Assembly: GCA_049970055.1 (NCBI GenBank)
Contig: JBMFNR010000002.1
Location: 468,406-532,405 of the forward strand
Reading direction: 5' to 3'
Origin: Fervidobacterium sp.
GTDB taxonomy: Bacteria; Thermotogota; Thermotogae; Thermotogales; Fervidobacteriaceae
Length of the DNA: 64,000 bases
Shown: positions 51,593-60,591 of the stretch, one piece after another
How the letters are laid out: each line of letters opens with the position of its first letter
Numbering within the stretch: the stretch's first letter is position 1
Program-made: the position numbers and the translations under genes
Notes under the pieces: model-generated
Seen by the model: only the letters and a program-made list of their open reading frames with translations
Told to the model about the DNA's origin: nothing
Databases searched by the model: none

Positions 51593-52243
51593 TTACTCGG
51601 ATAACTCTAGAACTTGTTGTAAAAATTGTGGTTCTGGATAAGCACCGATGAAGAATCTGTCACGATTTCTATTTATTGCAATGTGTGGTACCGATGATAC
51701 TCCAAACTCTTCACTGAGCTCAAAAAATTCATTTGCTTCAACAACTTCCGCTGTAACCTTATCGCTTGCGAGAGCCATATTGTGAGCTGTTAAAGCAGCT
51801 CTTGGACAATATGGGCATGTGGGTGTAACAAAGACGCTTATTTTCACAGGTTTTTCGAGATTTCTCAATTTTTCTACAGTTTCCGGCGAAAGTTGTGGCT
51901 TTGCACCTTTTCCGAATGTTATAATATCTTGGATCAGTGTACCGAACTCGTGACCAGATGGAATTCCGTAGAACCTAACACCTTTGTCTACTCCATCTGA
52001 GAGTGTGAGTATGAGAGCTGGTGCATATTCTACGTTATATTCTTTTCCTTTTTCGCTGTCTTTGTGGTATTTTTCAACGATGATTTTTTCCGAAAGTTCT
52101 TTCACCTCATCCAAAAGTTGGCTTTCGAGGTCACAGTACTCACAATTTTCCGAATGGAAGAATAAAAGCTTTACTTCGTTTTCTAACTCTTTCGCAAATA
52201 AATCGATCAAATACTTTCTGTCCTTTTGTGATAATAAACCCAT
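51593..52243 (-). CDS. Protein disulfide oxidoreductase (two thioredoxin folds)
   Basis: CEYC and CPYC sites, GIPSGHEF, SSVP, GAYPE. Confidence 0.92.
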   Translation of the reverse strand: MGLLSQKDRKYLIDLFAKELENEVKLLFFHSENCEYCDLESQLLDEVKELSEKIIVEKYHKDSEKGKEYNVEYAPALILTLSDGVDKGVRFYGIPSGHEFGTLIQDIITFGKGAKPQLSPETVEKLRNLEKPVKISVFVTPTCPYCPRAALTAHNMALASDKVTAEVVEANEFFELSEEFGVSSVPHIAINRNRDRFFIGAYPEPQFLQQVLELSE

Positions 52244-52279
52244 CTAAAACACCTCCGCTTTCTTGTTCATCATTATTAT

Positions 52280-52340
52280 ACCCTAAGTTTCATGAATTAG
52301 GGTTACCTTAATGTTAAAATTAGACAAAATTTGTCTGATT
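52280..52340. promoter_or_regulatory. Two palindromic candidate operators upstream of the PDO gene
   Basis: ACCCTAA-gtttcatgaa-TTAGGGT (52280-52303) and AATTAGACAAA-A-TTTGTCTGATT (52318-52340). Confidence 0.55.
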
Positions 52341-52383
52341 TTATTCTCCACGCCAAATGATGTTCAAAAGCCATCTTTAAGTT

Positions 52384-53166
52384 TTATAACTCCTGGCCTA
52401 AAAACCATTTCCTAACTGCTTCTGTCACCTGTTCTTTCTCAACATCGTTGCTCAATACATGGCCTGATTTTTCGAAGATCAATAATTTCCTTTTTTCTGA
52501 TTTTACGCTATTGTAAATGAACTCTGCAGCACTTAGTGGTACAGTGTTATCATTTCGTGCAGCAACCACAAGAATTTCAGAAGTTATCAATTGAACACTC
52601 TTTCTTGAAAGTTTCATTAATTTGTAAAGCTCCGCCGATTGTTTTGTCCAGTTATAAGACCAGTATTCATTTTTCAAGTACTCAAGATCTGGGTCATCGT
52701 ATTTATCATTATTTTCTCTTACCATTTTCTTTGTGAATAGTGAAAGCAGTGGTGTTAGTTTTATACGATTATCGAATACGTGTGTTGCGGCTGCTAAAGT
52801 AACTAATTTTTTTGGTTTTAATTGCGCTGCCATTATAAGACTTATAGCGCCTCCCATAGATAAACCACATATGTAGACTTCTTTGCACATACCTTGCAGG
52901 TCGTAATATGCATCGTAAGCTCTCCTTAACCAATCCCTTGTCCTTGTGGTTAAAAAATCCTCTCCACAAGTACCATGACCTGGTAACCTTGGCACGGATA
53001 CTGTGAACCCCGCTTTATTAAGTTCCTGTGCCATGTAAGCAAAGTCGTGCGGAGAACCCGTAAAACCATGAACCAGCAAGACACCAATGTCTTTTCCTGG
53101 TAGGAAAATTGGTTCGGAAATTTTGACAGTTTTGTAGTTTCCAAATTCCAACTTAGCCACCCCCAA
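52384..53166 (-). CDS. Carboxylesterase (alpha/beta hydrolase)
   Basis: VHGFTGSP, PGHG, GLSMGG, D..VP, SGH. Confidence 0.92.
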   Translation of the reverse strand: MGVAKLEFGNYKTVKISEPIFLPGKDIGVLLVHGFTGSPHDFAYMAQELNKAGFTVSVPRLPGHGTCGEDFLTTRTRDWLRRAYDAYYDLQGMCKEVYICGLSMGGAISLIMAAQLKPKKLVTLAAATHVFDNRIKLTPLLSLFTKKMVRENNDKYDDPDLEYLKNEYWSYNWTKQSAELYKLMKLSRKSVQLITSEILVVAARNDNTVPLSAAEFIYNSVKSEKRKLLIFEKSGHVLSNDVEKEQVTEAVRKWFLGQEL

Positions 53167-53286
53167 TTAGATTTGAAGTAACTTTGAAGATATTAACAAC
53201 ATAAAATTATACCACGTTTATAAAATATAAGCTATAATGGGTATGTATTATAAGACGTGGTATACTGAATATACGGAGGTGGTGGC

Positions 53287-53913
53287 ATGTATATATTTTT
53301 AGATTACGATGGAACGATAGTCGAAACGAATGAGAGGGAGTTCACGAAAGTGTATTTTGATCTGCTGGCAAAAAAATTGAACATGAGTTTCGAAGAAATT
53401 TTCAACATCGTTATGAAATCTCTGGATGAAGCCATGGCATCTAAAGATGAGGCAAAAAGTATGTATGAAAAATTTCTCTGCTCAATTGTCAAGATTGCAG
53501 GAAATAGTGAAGACTTTTGGAGAAATACCTTTCTGGATTTTTATAAAAATGAATTCGATGAGCTTGGAAGAATTGCAAAACCCAACGTGGAAATTTTGAA
53601 TCTTATTAGATCTACCAAGAAAAAACTAATCTTCGCGTCAAATCCTGTTTTTCCTGAGATTGCTACTATCAAAAGAATAAAATTTGTAGGGATTGAACCA
53701 ACAAATTTTGTTTATATTGCACATATGGAGAACAGTAGGTTTGCAAAGCCAAATAAAAGATTTTTTTCTGATATACTTGACAAACTTAATATATCACCAG
53801 ATCAGTGTGTTATGATCGGTGACAGCAATTTTGATAGAGCAAGTGAAGAAGTGGGTATAAAGTTTATTCACGTATCTGATACGGCGGAATGGAAAAATTT
53901 ATTTTTAGATTAA
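53287..53913 (+). CDS. HAD family hydrolase
   Basis: FLDYDGT, ASNP, KP, MIGD..FD. Confidence 0.9.
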   Translation: MYIFLDYDGTIVETNEREFTKVYFDLLAKKLNMSFEEIFNIVMKSLDEAMASKDEAKSMYEKFLCSIVKIAGNSEDFWRNTFLDFYKNEFDELGRIAKPNVEILNLIRSTKKKLIFASNPVFPEIATIKRIKFVGIEPTNFVYIAHMENSRFAKPNKRFFSDILDKLNISPDQCVMIGDSNFDRASEEVGIKFIHVSDTAEWKNLFLD

Positions 53914-54711
53914 CCATGAAATAATTAGTATGATAAATGATGTTAAAACAATCGACGGACCGGGAGGTGTGTTGGTGTAATAGGCTATTACGAAACCTAA
54001 TGTGGACGTAAAAATGTTGAACCCAAAGGCCCTAAGAATTGCATTTTTCAGTGAAATAGCCTTTTTCTTTGCAAAAATACCAGGTAGGACTAAAAATGCG
54101 CCCATTAGAATGACACCTGAAATTTTCAACGATGCAACCACCGTGAGAGAAATGACTGAAAGAACTGTTAATTTCAACGTTTTTATGTTTATTCCGTAAA
54201 ATTGTGCCATCATTTCGTCACTAATCCAGTAAGAGATTTCGTAAATTCTTGAAAACACAACAATTATGGCGACAATTGATATTGACAACAGAAAATATAA
54301 ATCATTGATAGATATTAGTAATACATTTCCGAAAAGATACGACATAACGTCTGTTGTGTATCTTTGCGTCTTCGAAAAAAGGACAACACCGATAGACATA
54401 AAAACAGGTAAAAGCATTCCTATTACGGTACTTTCAGCCATTTTCGATGCCTGGTTTAGATAGTATATTAAGAACGAAAAAAATAGGGTAGCTAAGATTG
54501 CACCGATAAAGATATTGAAGTGCATAACAACAGCAAGTGCGACGCCTGCAAAAATAGCGTGTGCTAGTCCATCGCCAACAAATTCCATCTTTTTATATAC
54601 GATAATGGGAGATACCAAAGCAGTCAACAAAGATACTAAGAATGTTGAAATGAAAGAGTACCTAAGGAAATCATATGTTATTAAATCCTTAATGAATTCC
54701 ATTATTTTCAC
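53905..54711 (-). CDS. znuB: Zn/Mn ABC transporter permease
   Basis: GDGLAHAIFAG, YLFGNVL, PPGPSIV. Confidence 0.9.
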   Translation of the reverse strand: MKIMEFIKDLITYDFLRYSFISTFLVSLLTALVSPIIVYKKMEFVGDGLAHAIFAGVALAVVMHFNIFIGAILATLFFSFLIYYLNQASKMAESTVIGMLLPVFMSIGVVLFSKTQRYTTDVMSYLFGNVLLISINDLYFLLSISIVAIIVVFSRIYEISYWISDEMMAQFYGINIKTLKLTVLSVISLTVVASLKISGVILMGAFLVLPGIFAKKKAISLKNAILRAFGFNIFTSTLGFVIAYYTNTPPGPSIVLTSFIILIISWLI

Positions 54712-54738
54712 GCACCTTTAATTATATTCAAATTGTAT

Positions 54739-55473
54739 TTACTGCTGTTCTTTATGCTCTCTTTCAAAGTGGTAATCTGAACGAATCCAAATATCGAACT
54801 CACCAAATAACCTTTTTACTTGTGCTATATCTACTTCACTTGTTGGCCCGTGACAGTGCAAAGTTTTGTTAAGACACATAACACTTGTGCATTTTTCAAA
54901 TATCATACCTATATCGTGACTTACCATAAGGATTGTTATATTCTTTTGTTCTCGCACTTCATTTAGTAATTCGTAAAAACGAGCCTTCCCCATCTCATCG
55001 ACACCAGATTCTGGTTCGTCTAAAATTAAAATATCGGGTTGCATAACCAACGCCCGTGCAAGTGAAACCCGTTGGTATTCACCACCAGAGAGCGTGCTTA
55101 TCAATTTATTACCAAAGCCTGGCAAACCAATTTTTTCAAGTAGTTCTGCTACCTCTTTTTTCCAGTCTTTCTTGTTTCTTATCGGTAATCTTACGAAATC
55201 ATATACCGAGATTGGGAATTCTCTGTTGAAAGAAGATAATTGTGGAACGTATCCAACTTTACCGTAAAAATATATAGACCCATCGTATGGTATAAAGCCA
55301 AGTAAAGCCTTAATGAGCGTCGTCTTACCTGCTCCATTTGGTCCAATGATACCAATAAACTCACCTTTTTTAACTTTAAATGATACATTCTTCAAAATAT
55401 GAACATCTCCAAATTTAACATTTAGATTTTTAACATCAATGACAATTTCCATTTTAGACCTCCATGTTTGCAT
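54739..55473 (-). CDS. znuC: Zn/Mn ABC transporter ATPase
   Basis: GPNGAGKT, GYVPQ, LSGGE, LDEP, VSHD. Confidence 0.9.
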   Translation of the reverse strand: MQTWRSKMEIVIDVKNLNVKFGDVHILKNVSFKVKKGEFIGIIGPNGAGKTTLIKALLGFIPYDGSIYFYGKVGYVPQLSSFNREFPISVYDFVRLPIRNKKDWKKEVAELLEKIGLPGFGNKLISTLSGGEYQRVSLARALVMQPDILILDEPESGVDEMGKARFYELLNEVREQKNITILMVSHDIGMIFEKCTSVMCLNKTLHCHGPTSEVDIAQVKRLFGEFDIWIRSDYHFEREHKEQQ

Positions 55474-55486
55474 CGTTTTTTCGACT

Positions 55487-56338
55487 TTATTTTTTAGTTA
55501 CTTTTACAGAGCTTTCCAAAATTTTGTAGACATTTTCAAATAGTTCATAAATAGATTTTGCACTTATTGAAAACCCAAGTGGATCCAACCTTTTAGGTTC
55601 TTTATTTAGCTCTTTGGCAATAGTTTCAATCGCCGATGAATTGAATTGTGGAGCGATAAATATACCTAAAACTCTTCCTCTTTTCCCTTCTTGTATGATT
55701 TCTTTTATATGTGAAATGGTTGGTTCTTTACCATGACCTTCCTCTACTGAAAGGACCTTAATTTTGTATTTCTCAAAGAAATACAAGAATGATGGATGTT
55801 CTAATATCACAATGCTACTTGCTTGATTAGATAGAATATTATCAAACTTTTCTGATAAAGTATTTAGGCTTGAGATGAGTTTTTTTGAATTATCTTGATA
55901 AAAGGTTTCGTTTGCCGGGTCAATTTTGATGATTTCTTGCGTGATTTTGGGAATAAGATAATTGACAAGAAAATCTAAAGATAGCCAGACGTGCGGATTG
56001 TACTCACCTTCATCTTCATCACCTTGGAGTAAAAGATTTTTTGGAATTGATTCACCAACGAATGCCACGTTCTTGAAGTTTTTCAGATATGCGTTATCTA
56101 ATCCAAGTCCATTTGCTATAATTAAAGAAGCATTTGAGAGTATCTTTACGTCATTTATTGATGGATTAAAGGTATGAGGATTACTTCCAGGTTTAATTAG
56201 TAATTCAACATGCATCTTGTCAGCCACAATTTGCTTTGCGATAAGAAAATATGGGTTAATAGTCGCAACAATTGTAGCAGCATGGCCAAAAGTCAAAGCT
56301 GTAAACAAAAATACGAGTGTGAAAACCTTCTTTTTCAT
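55487..56338 (-). CDS. znuA: Metal ABC transporter substrate-binding protein
   Basis: NPHTF, ANGLGL, NPHVWLS, HPSF, LDPLG. Confidence 0.88.
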   Translation of the reverse strand: MKKKVFTLVFLFTALTFGHAATIVATINPYFLIAKQIVADKMHVELLIKPGSNPHTFNPSINDVKILSNASLIIANGLGLDNAYLKNFKNVAFVGESIPKNLLLQGDEDEGEYNPHVWLSLDFLVNYLIPKITQEIIKIDPANETFYQDNSKKLISSLNTLSEKFDNILSNQASSIVILEHPSFLYFFEKYKIKVLSVEEGHGKEPTISHIKEIIQEGKRGRVLGIFIAPQFNSSAIETIAKELNKEPKRLDPLGFSISAKSIYELFENVYKILESSVKVTKK

Positions 56339-56706
56339 ACTTCAACCTCCTTTTGACAATCTCTACATAGTCCTGTGAAAAAAACAAAATGTTCAGAGAC
56401 TTTGAAGCCAAAGTGTTCTTCAATTTTTTTCTCGTATGGCTCCATATAACACTCATCCACTGAGAACAACCTTCGGCATTTCGTGCATTGAAAAAAATGC
56501 CGATGCTCGGAATTTACATAGTAGTACTTAAAGTTGTTTAGTACAAAGTATCTTATGCTTCCAGTCTCAACTAATTGCTCCAAGGAGCGATACACTGTTG
56601 TAAGACTTATATGGGGAAGCAAGTGTGAAATTTCGTAAGCTGTTAGTGGAACCTCAGAATTACTTATCAAATTATAAACATTCTGACGATTCTTTGTCAT
56701 TCTCAT
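56335..56706 (-). CDS. zur: Fur-family regulator (probably Zur)
   Basis: RMTKNR, TVYRSL, HRHFFQCTKC, GLCRDC; ATG 56706 after ggagg. Confidence 0.8.
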   Translation of the reverse strand: MRMTKNRQNVYNLISNSEVPLTAYEISHLLPHISLTTVYRSLEQLVETGSIRYFVLNNFKYYYVNSEHRHFFQCTKCRRLFSVDECYMEPYEKKIEEHFGFKVSEHFVFFTGLCRDCQKEVEV

Positions 56707-56725
56707 ATCTTGTGCCTCCGTATGT

Positions 56726-56778
56726 GCCAATGATTTTCATTTTCAATTTTATTATACCTTACCAAAATAAAAAGTCAA
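56726..56778 (-). promoter_or_regulatory. zur promoter with a Fur-family box over the start site
   Basis: TTGACT...TATAAT followed by GAAAATGAAAATCATTGGC (15/19 match to GATAATGATAATCATTATC). Confidence 0.65.
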
Positions 56779-56807
56779 GTAGTTTTAAAAAAAACACTCA
56801 TACCCCC

Positions 56808-56836
56808 TTGACACATTTTTTAGTATGTGATATTAT
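56808..56836 (+). promoter_or_regulatory. Sigma70 promoter of the tRNA operon
   Basis: TTGACA-17 bp-TATTAT with TG extension. Confidence 0.75.
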
Positions 56837-56878
56837 TCTTATCGGCACGTGTGAAGTGCTAAAAACCCGCGTATAGGT

Positions 56879-56954
56879 GACCTGGTAGCTCAGCAGGTAG
56901 AGCACCTGACTTTTAATCAGGGGGTCGCGGGTTCGAATCCCGCCCGGGTCACCA
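56879..56954 (+). tRNA. tRNA-Lys(TTT)
   Basis: CCTGA-CT TTT AA-TCAGG; CCA end. Confidence 0.95.
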
Positions 56955-56963
56955 GAGATAGGT

Positions 56964-57053
<90 letters not shown>

Positions 57054-57086
57054 AAGGGAAGTTAAATGAAGCCAATTAAGGTTCGG

Positions 57087-57161
57087 GCGGGTGTAGCTCA
57101 GCGGTAGAGCACTTGCTTGCCAAGCAAGGGGTCGCGGGTTCGAAACCCGTCACCCGCTCCA
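57087..57161 (+). tRNA. tRNA-Gly(GCC)
   Basis: CTTGC-TT GCC AA-GCAAG; CCA end. Confidence 0.95.
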
Positions 57162-57166
57162 AAGAT

Positions 57167-57254
57167 GCCGAGGTGGCGGAATTGGCAGACGCACATGGTT
57201 GAGGGCCATGCGGTCATTGGGACCGTGCGGGTTCAAGTCCCGCCCTCGGCACCA
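57167..57254 (+). tRNA. tRNA-Leu(GAG)
   Basis: CATGG-TT GAG GG-CCATG; long variable arm. Confidence 0.95.
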
Positions 57255-57276
57255 GATGGTAAATTGTGAAACCACG

Positions 57277-57310
57277 AAAGGGCGATGGTCGTTCATCGTC
57301 CTTTTATTTT
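57277..57310 (+). terminator. Terminator after the tRNA operon
   Basis: aaagggcgatg...catcgtccttttatttt. Confidence 0.7.
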
Positions 57311-57388
57311 AAGGGAAGTTGCAAGAGTTAGTGCTTATTGAACGCTTTTTACATCTTTTGAGTCTAAATACCTGGAAATTAAATTTCT

Positions 57389-57749
57389 GGGGGCGAACGG
57401 TTTCGACGGGGGTAGGCCTCTACAGGAAGCGAGTCGAGGTTTCCTGCCGTCCTCGTTAAAAAACGGTGGGGAAAAGATAAGTGCCAACGAATACGTTCCT
57501 CTTGCTGCTTAATTAGAATAAGCAGCCGTCCTCTATGAGAGTTGGCTGGTCTCTCATAGAAGGGCGTGACTCTACCAGCCAGGTAGTCGGGATGCGCCTC
57601 ACGTCTCGAACTACTTATCCTAGTGAGGCTGGTCGGTTCAGAGCCTGTCTGTGGGCGCTGTACCGACGAGAAAAAAACACAGACTGCGCTCGGAGATGCC
57701 TGTAGGGACCTGCTTTCGGACGCGGGTTCGATTCCCGCCGCCTCCACCA
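57389..57749 (+). ncRNA. ssrA: tmRNA, tag (A)ANEYVPLAA* at 57483-57512
   Basis: GGGGGCG...GGTTTCGAC 5' end; GGTTCGATTCCCG-CCGCCTCCACCA 3' end; G3-U alanine identity; tag ends LAA. Confidence 0.96.
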
Positions 57750-57859
57750 GATATCCATAATATGTTAAAAAGAAAAAAGCCTTGATTTCTCAATGCTTTT
57801 TTCTCTTTTGTTTGTTGGCTTTTTGTCAATAATTATCGCATCCATTCAGTATTTATGGA

Positions 57860-57953
57860 TCTTACAATAAAGATAGCACACTGCCTAACTTATCTTTTAT
57901 ATATCCAACAGCAGGTATTTCAAAAAGGCTTGTTTCACTGCCTAAAAGGGCAT
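57860..57953 (-). pseudogene. Possible 5' remnant of type I restriction subunit HsdR
   Basis: RBS ggagga + ATG right after mrr; frameshifted MP-LGSETSLFEIPAVGYIKDKLG; call rests mostly on operon position. Confidence 0.35.
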
Positions 57954-57973
57954 TAATCTCCTCCCAACTGGGG

Positions 57974-58814
57974 TTATTCTTCAAAATAGTCACTAGCTAT
58001 TCTTTTAATTTCATATCTTTGTTGTACAGATACTCCTACATTAAAGTCAATCATGTATTTTGTTAATTGCTTGCCATTTATCAAAATATTTTTTATATCA
58101 TTGTTATTCATTATTATCATTATTTTTTACAACATATGGTATTGCGTCTTTTGTAAAATTTTATGTAGTTATAAATATACCTGTCTTAGTTCCTTGACCA
58201 ACCAATGCTCCTACAAACTTTTGTATTTCTGGTCTTCCTTCAGGAGTTCCATTCCACCTTTTAGCCTGCACATATATTCTATCTAAACCTAACCTATCTT
58301 CGTTTATTATTCCATATTTATAAGCAAGTCTAAAACAATTTCCTCAAACTCATCAAATGGAACTTCTAATAGCTTTTATAGCAGCTCCTGTGCTAAAACA
58401 TCTCTTATTTCTTTATAGACTCCGTCAATCCTTTCTTGAGGAGTTTTGGAATCATAGACGTCGCCCGTTCCTACTTGAGGAGGTTTGGGATTAAGATTAC
58501 ATCCTCAATTTAGAAGTTTTCTGTCTATGTATTTAGGATTTTCCTTTAATAATTTGATTCCGCTCTTAGTAATTTTAAAATTTCCTCTGCTTAGTGTTTC
58601 TATTAACCATGCCTTTTTTAAAAACGTCTTAGTCCAGAGTGATCTATTATAAAACACCTTATTTCAACTTTGTAATTTTTGATTTATTTCATCATCAGTT
58701 AAATTAAGCTGCTTTGCTGATTCTACTTCACAGGTTTTATTATCATATATGCTTCCATCTCCGATAAATTTTTAAAAGCGGCAATATTATTTCTTCATAG
58801 GTCGGGATTGTCAC
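57974..58814 (-). pseudogene. mrr: mrr type IV restriction endonuclease with multiple stops and frameshifts
   Basis: MTIPTYEEIILPLL, RGNFKITKSG, TPQERI, DRLGLDRIYVQAKRW, RPEIQKFVGAL, LINGKQLTKYMIDFNVGV...DYFEE*. Confidence 0.88.
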
Positions 58815-58828
58815 TTTAACTCCCCCTT

Positions 58829-58957
58829 TTATATTTTTACTCTAATCTTTCCTGTTAGAAGTTTTTTCATAAGTACTTTTTTAAGGGTTTTAAGCTTTTC
58901 TTTCTTTGCTTGGTATTTTTCAATTTCCGTCATTTTGTAACCTTCTCTTGTCTTCAA
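58829..58957 (-). pseudogene. hsdS: Collapsed type I specificity subunit (42-aa fusion of N- and C-termini)
   Basis: MKTREGYKMTEI + EKYQAKKEKLKTLKKVLMKKLLTGKIRVKI*. Confidence 0.75.
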
Positions 58958-58969
58958 TTGTTTCACCTG

Positions 58970-59347
58970 CCTTATATTTCTTCAAAATAATATATTTGAA
59001 GGAAGTCCTATTACTGCCACAATTGGATCATTATCAATAAATCCCTTTTAGTGCTTGAGATTGTAAGGTTTATGCAGTTAGAAATCTTACAAGCTCTGAA
59101 TTTTTAGGACAAACTTCAATTGCTTTAAATGTCTTGTCAAGTGCTGAACATATATCAAGTTTAAATTTTAAACGCTCTTTAAATTCGTTTCTTAATTTTT
59201 CGCTCTTGAAATTCATCATTTAATATTCTTTAAATAAAGTATACCAAATACGTAATCTTTATATTCAGAAACTGAAAGTTCCCACCATGATACATTTGCA
59301 CACGGGCATAGTATGGTTTCTAATTCTTGTACTGTAAGCTTTGTCAT
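58970..59347 (-). pseudogene. hsdM: Remnant of type I methyltransferase subunit
   Basis: MTKLTVQELETIL..CAN....ELSVSEYK / DYVFGILYLK / LNDEF across frameshifts resembles the HsdM N-terminal domain. Confidence 0.65.
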
Positions 59348-59587
59348 TTTTAAAAACCTAGCAGTGTATCTTATTCCCCCGCATTAGATATTATGCTACA
59401 ATTCTACTACAAATTAAAATACTGTAATGTATGGTGTGATAAAATATAAGGAGAAGAGACGTTGAGAAAGCTTCTTGTTTGGTATTAACTTTTATTAGGG
59501 ACAAATCACTGTGTGGATTTCTGAGTTCGACCTTGAGAAATCATTGCTTAAAATAATTTGTGAAATACATTAGTAGGAGGGTTTATT

Positions 59588-60535
59588 ATGAATCTCAGAC
59601 CAAGACCACGAAATATCGAGTTCGAAATAACTACACTTTGCAACTACAGATGCTTGCATTGCTACTGTAATGCAGGTAAAAGGTCTTCTGTTGAATTATC
59701 AACCGATGAAACTAAAAGTGTTATAGATCAACTTGTTGAAGCAGATGCCGAACTTCTTGATATTGTTGGTGGTGAACCGTTGATTAGAGAGGATATTTTT
59801 GAAATTCTCTCGTATGGCAGGTCTAAAGGTTTAAGGATGTTGATGAACACAAACGCTTCGTTGGCGACAAAAGAGGTGGTTGGGAAGTTAAAAGAAATCA
59901 TTCCAGAATTATCCATAGGTGTTTCTCTCGATGGTCCTATAGCTGAAATTCATGAGTTTGTCAGAGGAAAAGGAACATTCGGAAGAACGATGCGAGGATT
60001 AATGAATTTTTTAAATGCAGGTTTTGACGTCACACTTTTGTTCGTTGTGAATAAGGTCAATTACAAATACATCGATGAGATGCTGAAGATAGCAGAAGAG
60101 CTCGACGCTAATTTGTACGTTGACAGATTTATTCCAGTTGGAAGAGGCAAACTTTTCAAAGAGAAGCTTGAACCTACAAAGGAAAACATCGAATATGTAG
60201 TGGAAAGATTAAGGACTTACAGTGGCAATGTTGAGCTGTTTATAGAAGAAAATATATTTGGTGGTGAGTGTACAGCGGGAAGAACTCATGCTTCTATACT
60301 TGTTGATGGTAATGTTGTTCCTTGTGGACATTTCAGATACAATCCGGAATTTTATATGGGAAATGTTACGAAAGAACGTTTTAAGGATATTTGGGAAAGG
60401 TACAATCCGGATATACTATTACCTAATCAATGTTTAAGTTGCCATTTGAGAAAAATTTCATGCAATTCTGGTTGCCTTGCGTACGCCAATTTGAGCGAGG
60501 AGAAAGTAGATAAGTTGCATTGTAAAGTAATTTGA
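59588..60535 (+). CDS. Radical SAM/SPASM domain protein
   Basis: CNYRCLHC, GGEPL, VSLDG, CTAG...VPC...CLSC...C..GC. Confidence 0.92.
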   Translation: MNLRPRPRNIEFEITTLCNYRCLHCYCNAGKRSSVELSTDETKSVIDQLVEADAELLDIVGGEPLIREDIFEILSYGRSKGLRMLMNTNASLATKEVVGKLKEIIPELSIGVSLDGPIAEIHEFVRGKGTFGRTMRGLMNFLNAGFDVTLLFVVNKVNYKYIDEMLKIAEELDANLYVDRFIPVGRGKLFKEKLEPTKENIEYVVERLRTYSGNVELFIEENIFGGECTAGRTHASILVDGNVVPCGHFRYNPEFYMGNVTKERFKDIWERYNPDILLPNQCLSCHLRKISCNSGCLAYANLSEEKVDKLHCKVI

Positions 60536-60541
60536 CATCCG

Positions 60542-60577
60542 AAAAAAGAGCCGCTTTTGATGAGCGGCTCTTTTTTT
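60542..60577. terminator. Bidirectional terminator
   Basis: aaaaaagagccgct...agcggctcttttttt. Confidence 0.85.
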
Positions 60578-60591
60578 ATTCTATGGTTGTT

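Noticed and set aside
57751..57772. dif-like site (ATATGTTAAA)
   Set aside because: No XerC arm at the required 6-bp spacing
57379..57829. ORFs antisense to tmRNA (and similar ones over tRNAs at 21287-21523 and 47256-48194)
   Set aside because: Shadow frames of structural RNA genes
59430..59587. Precursor peptide for the radical SAM/SPASM enzyme
   Set aside because: Only an 8-codon ORF (LRKLLVWY) follows the RBS-like site; nothing convincingly precursor-like
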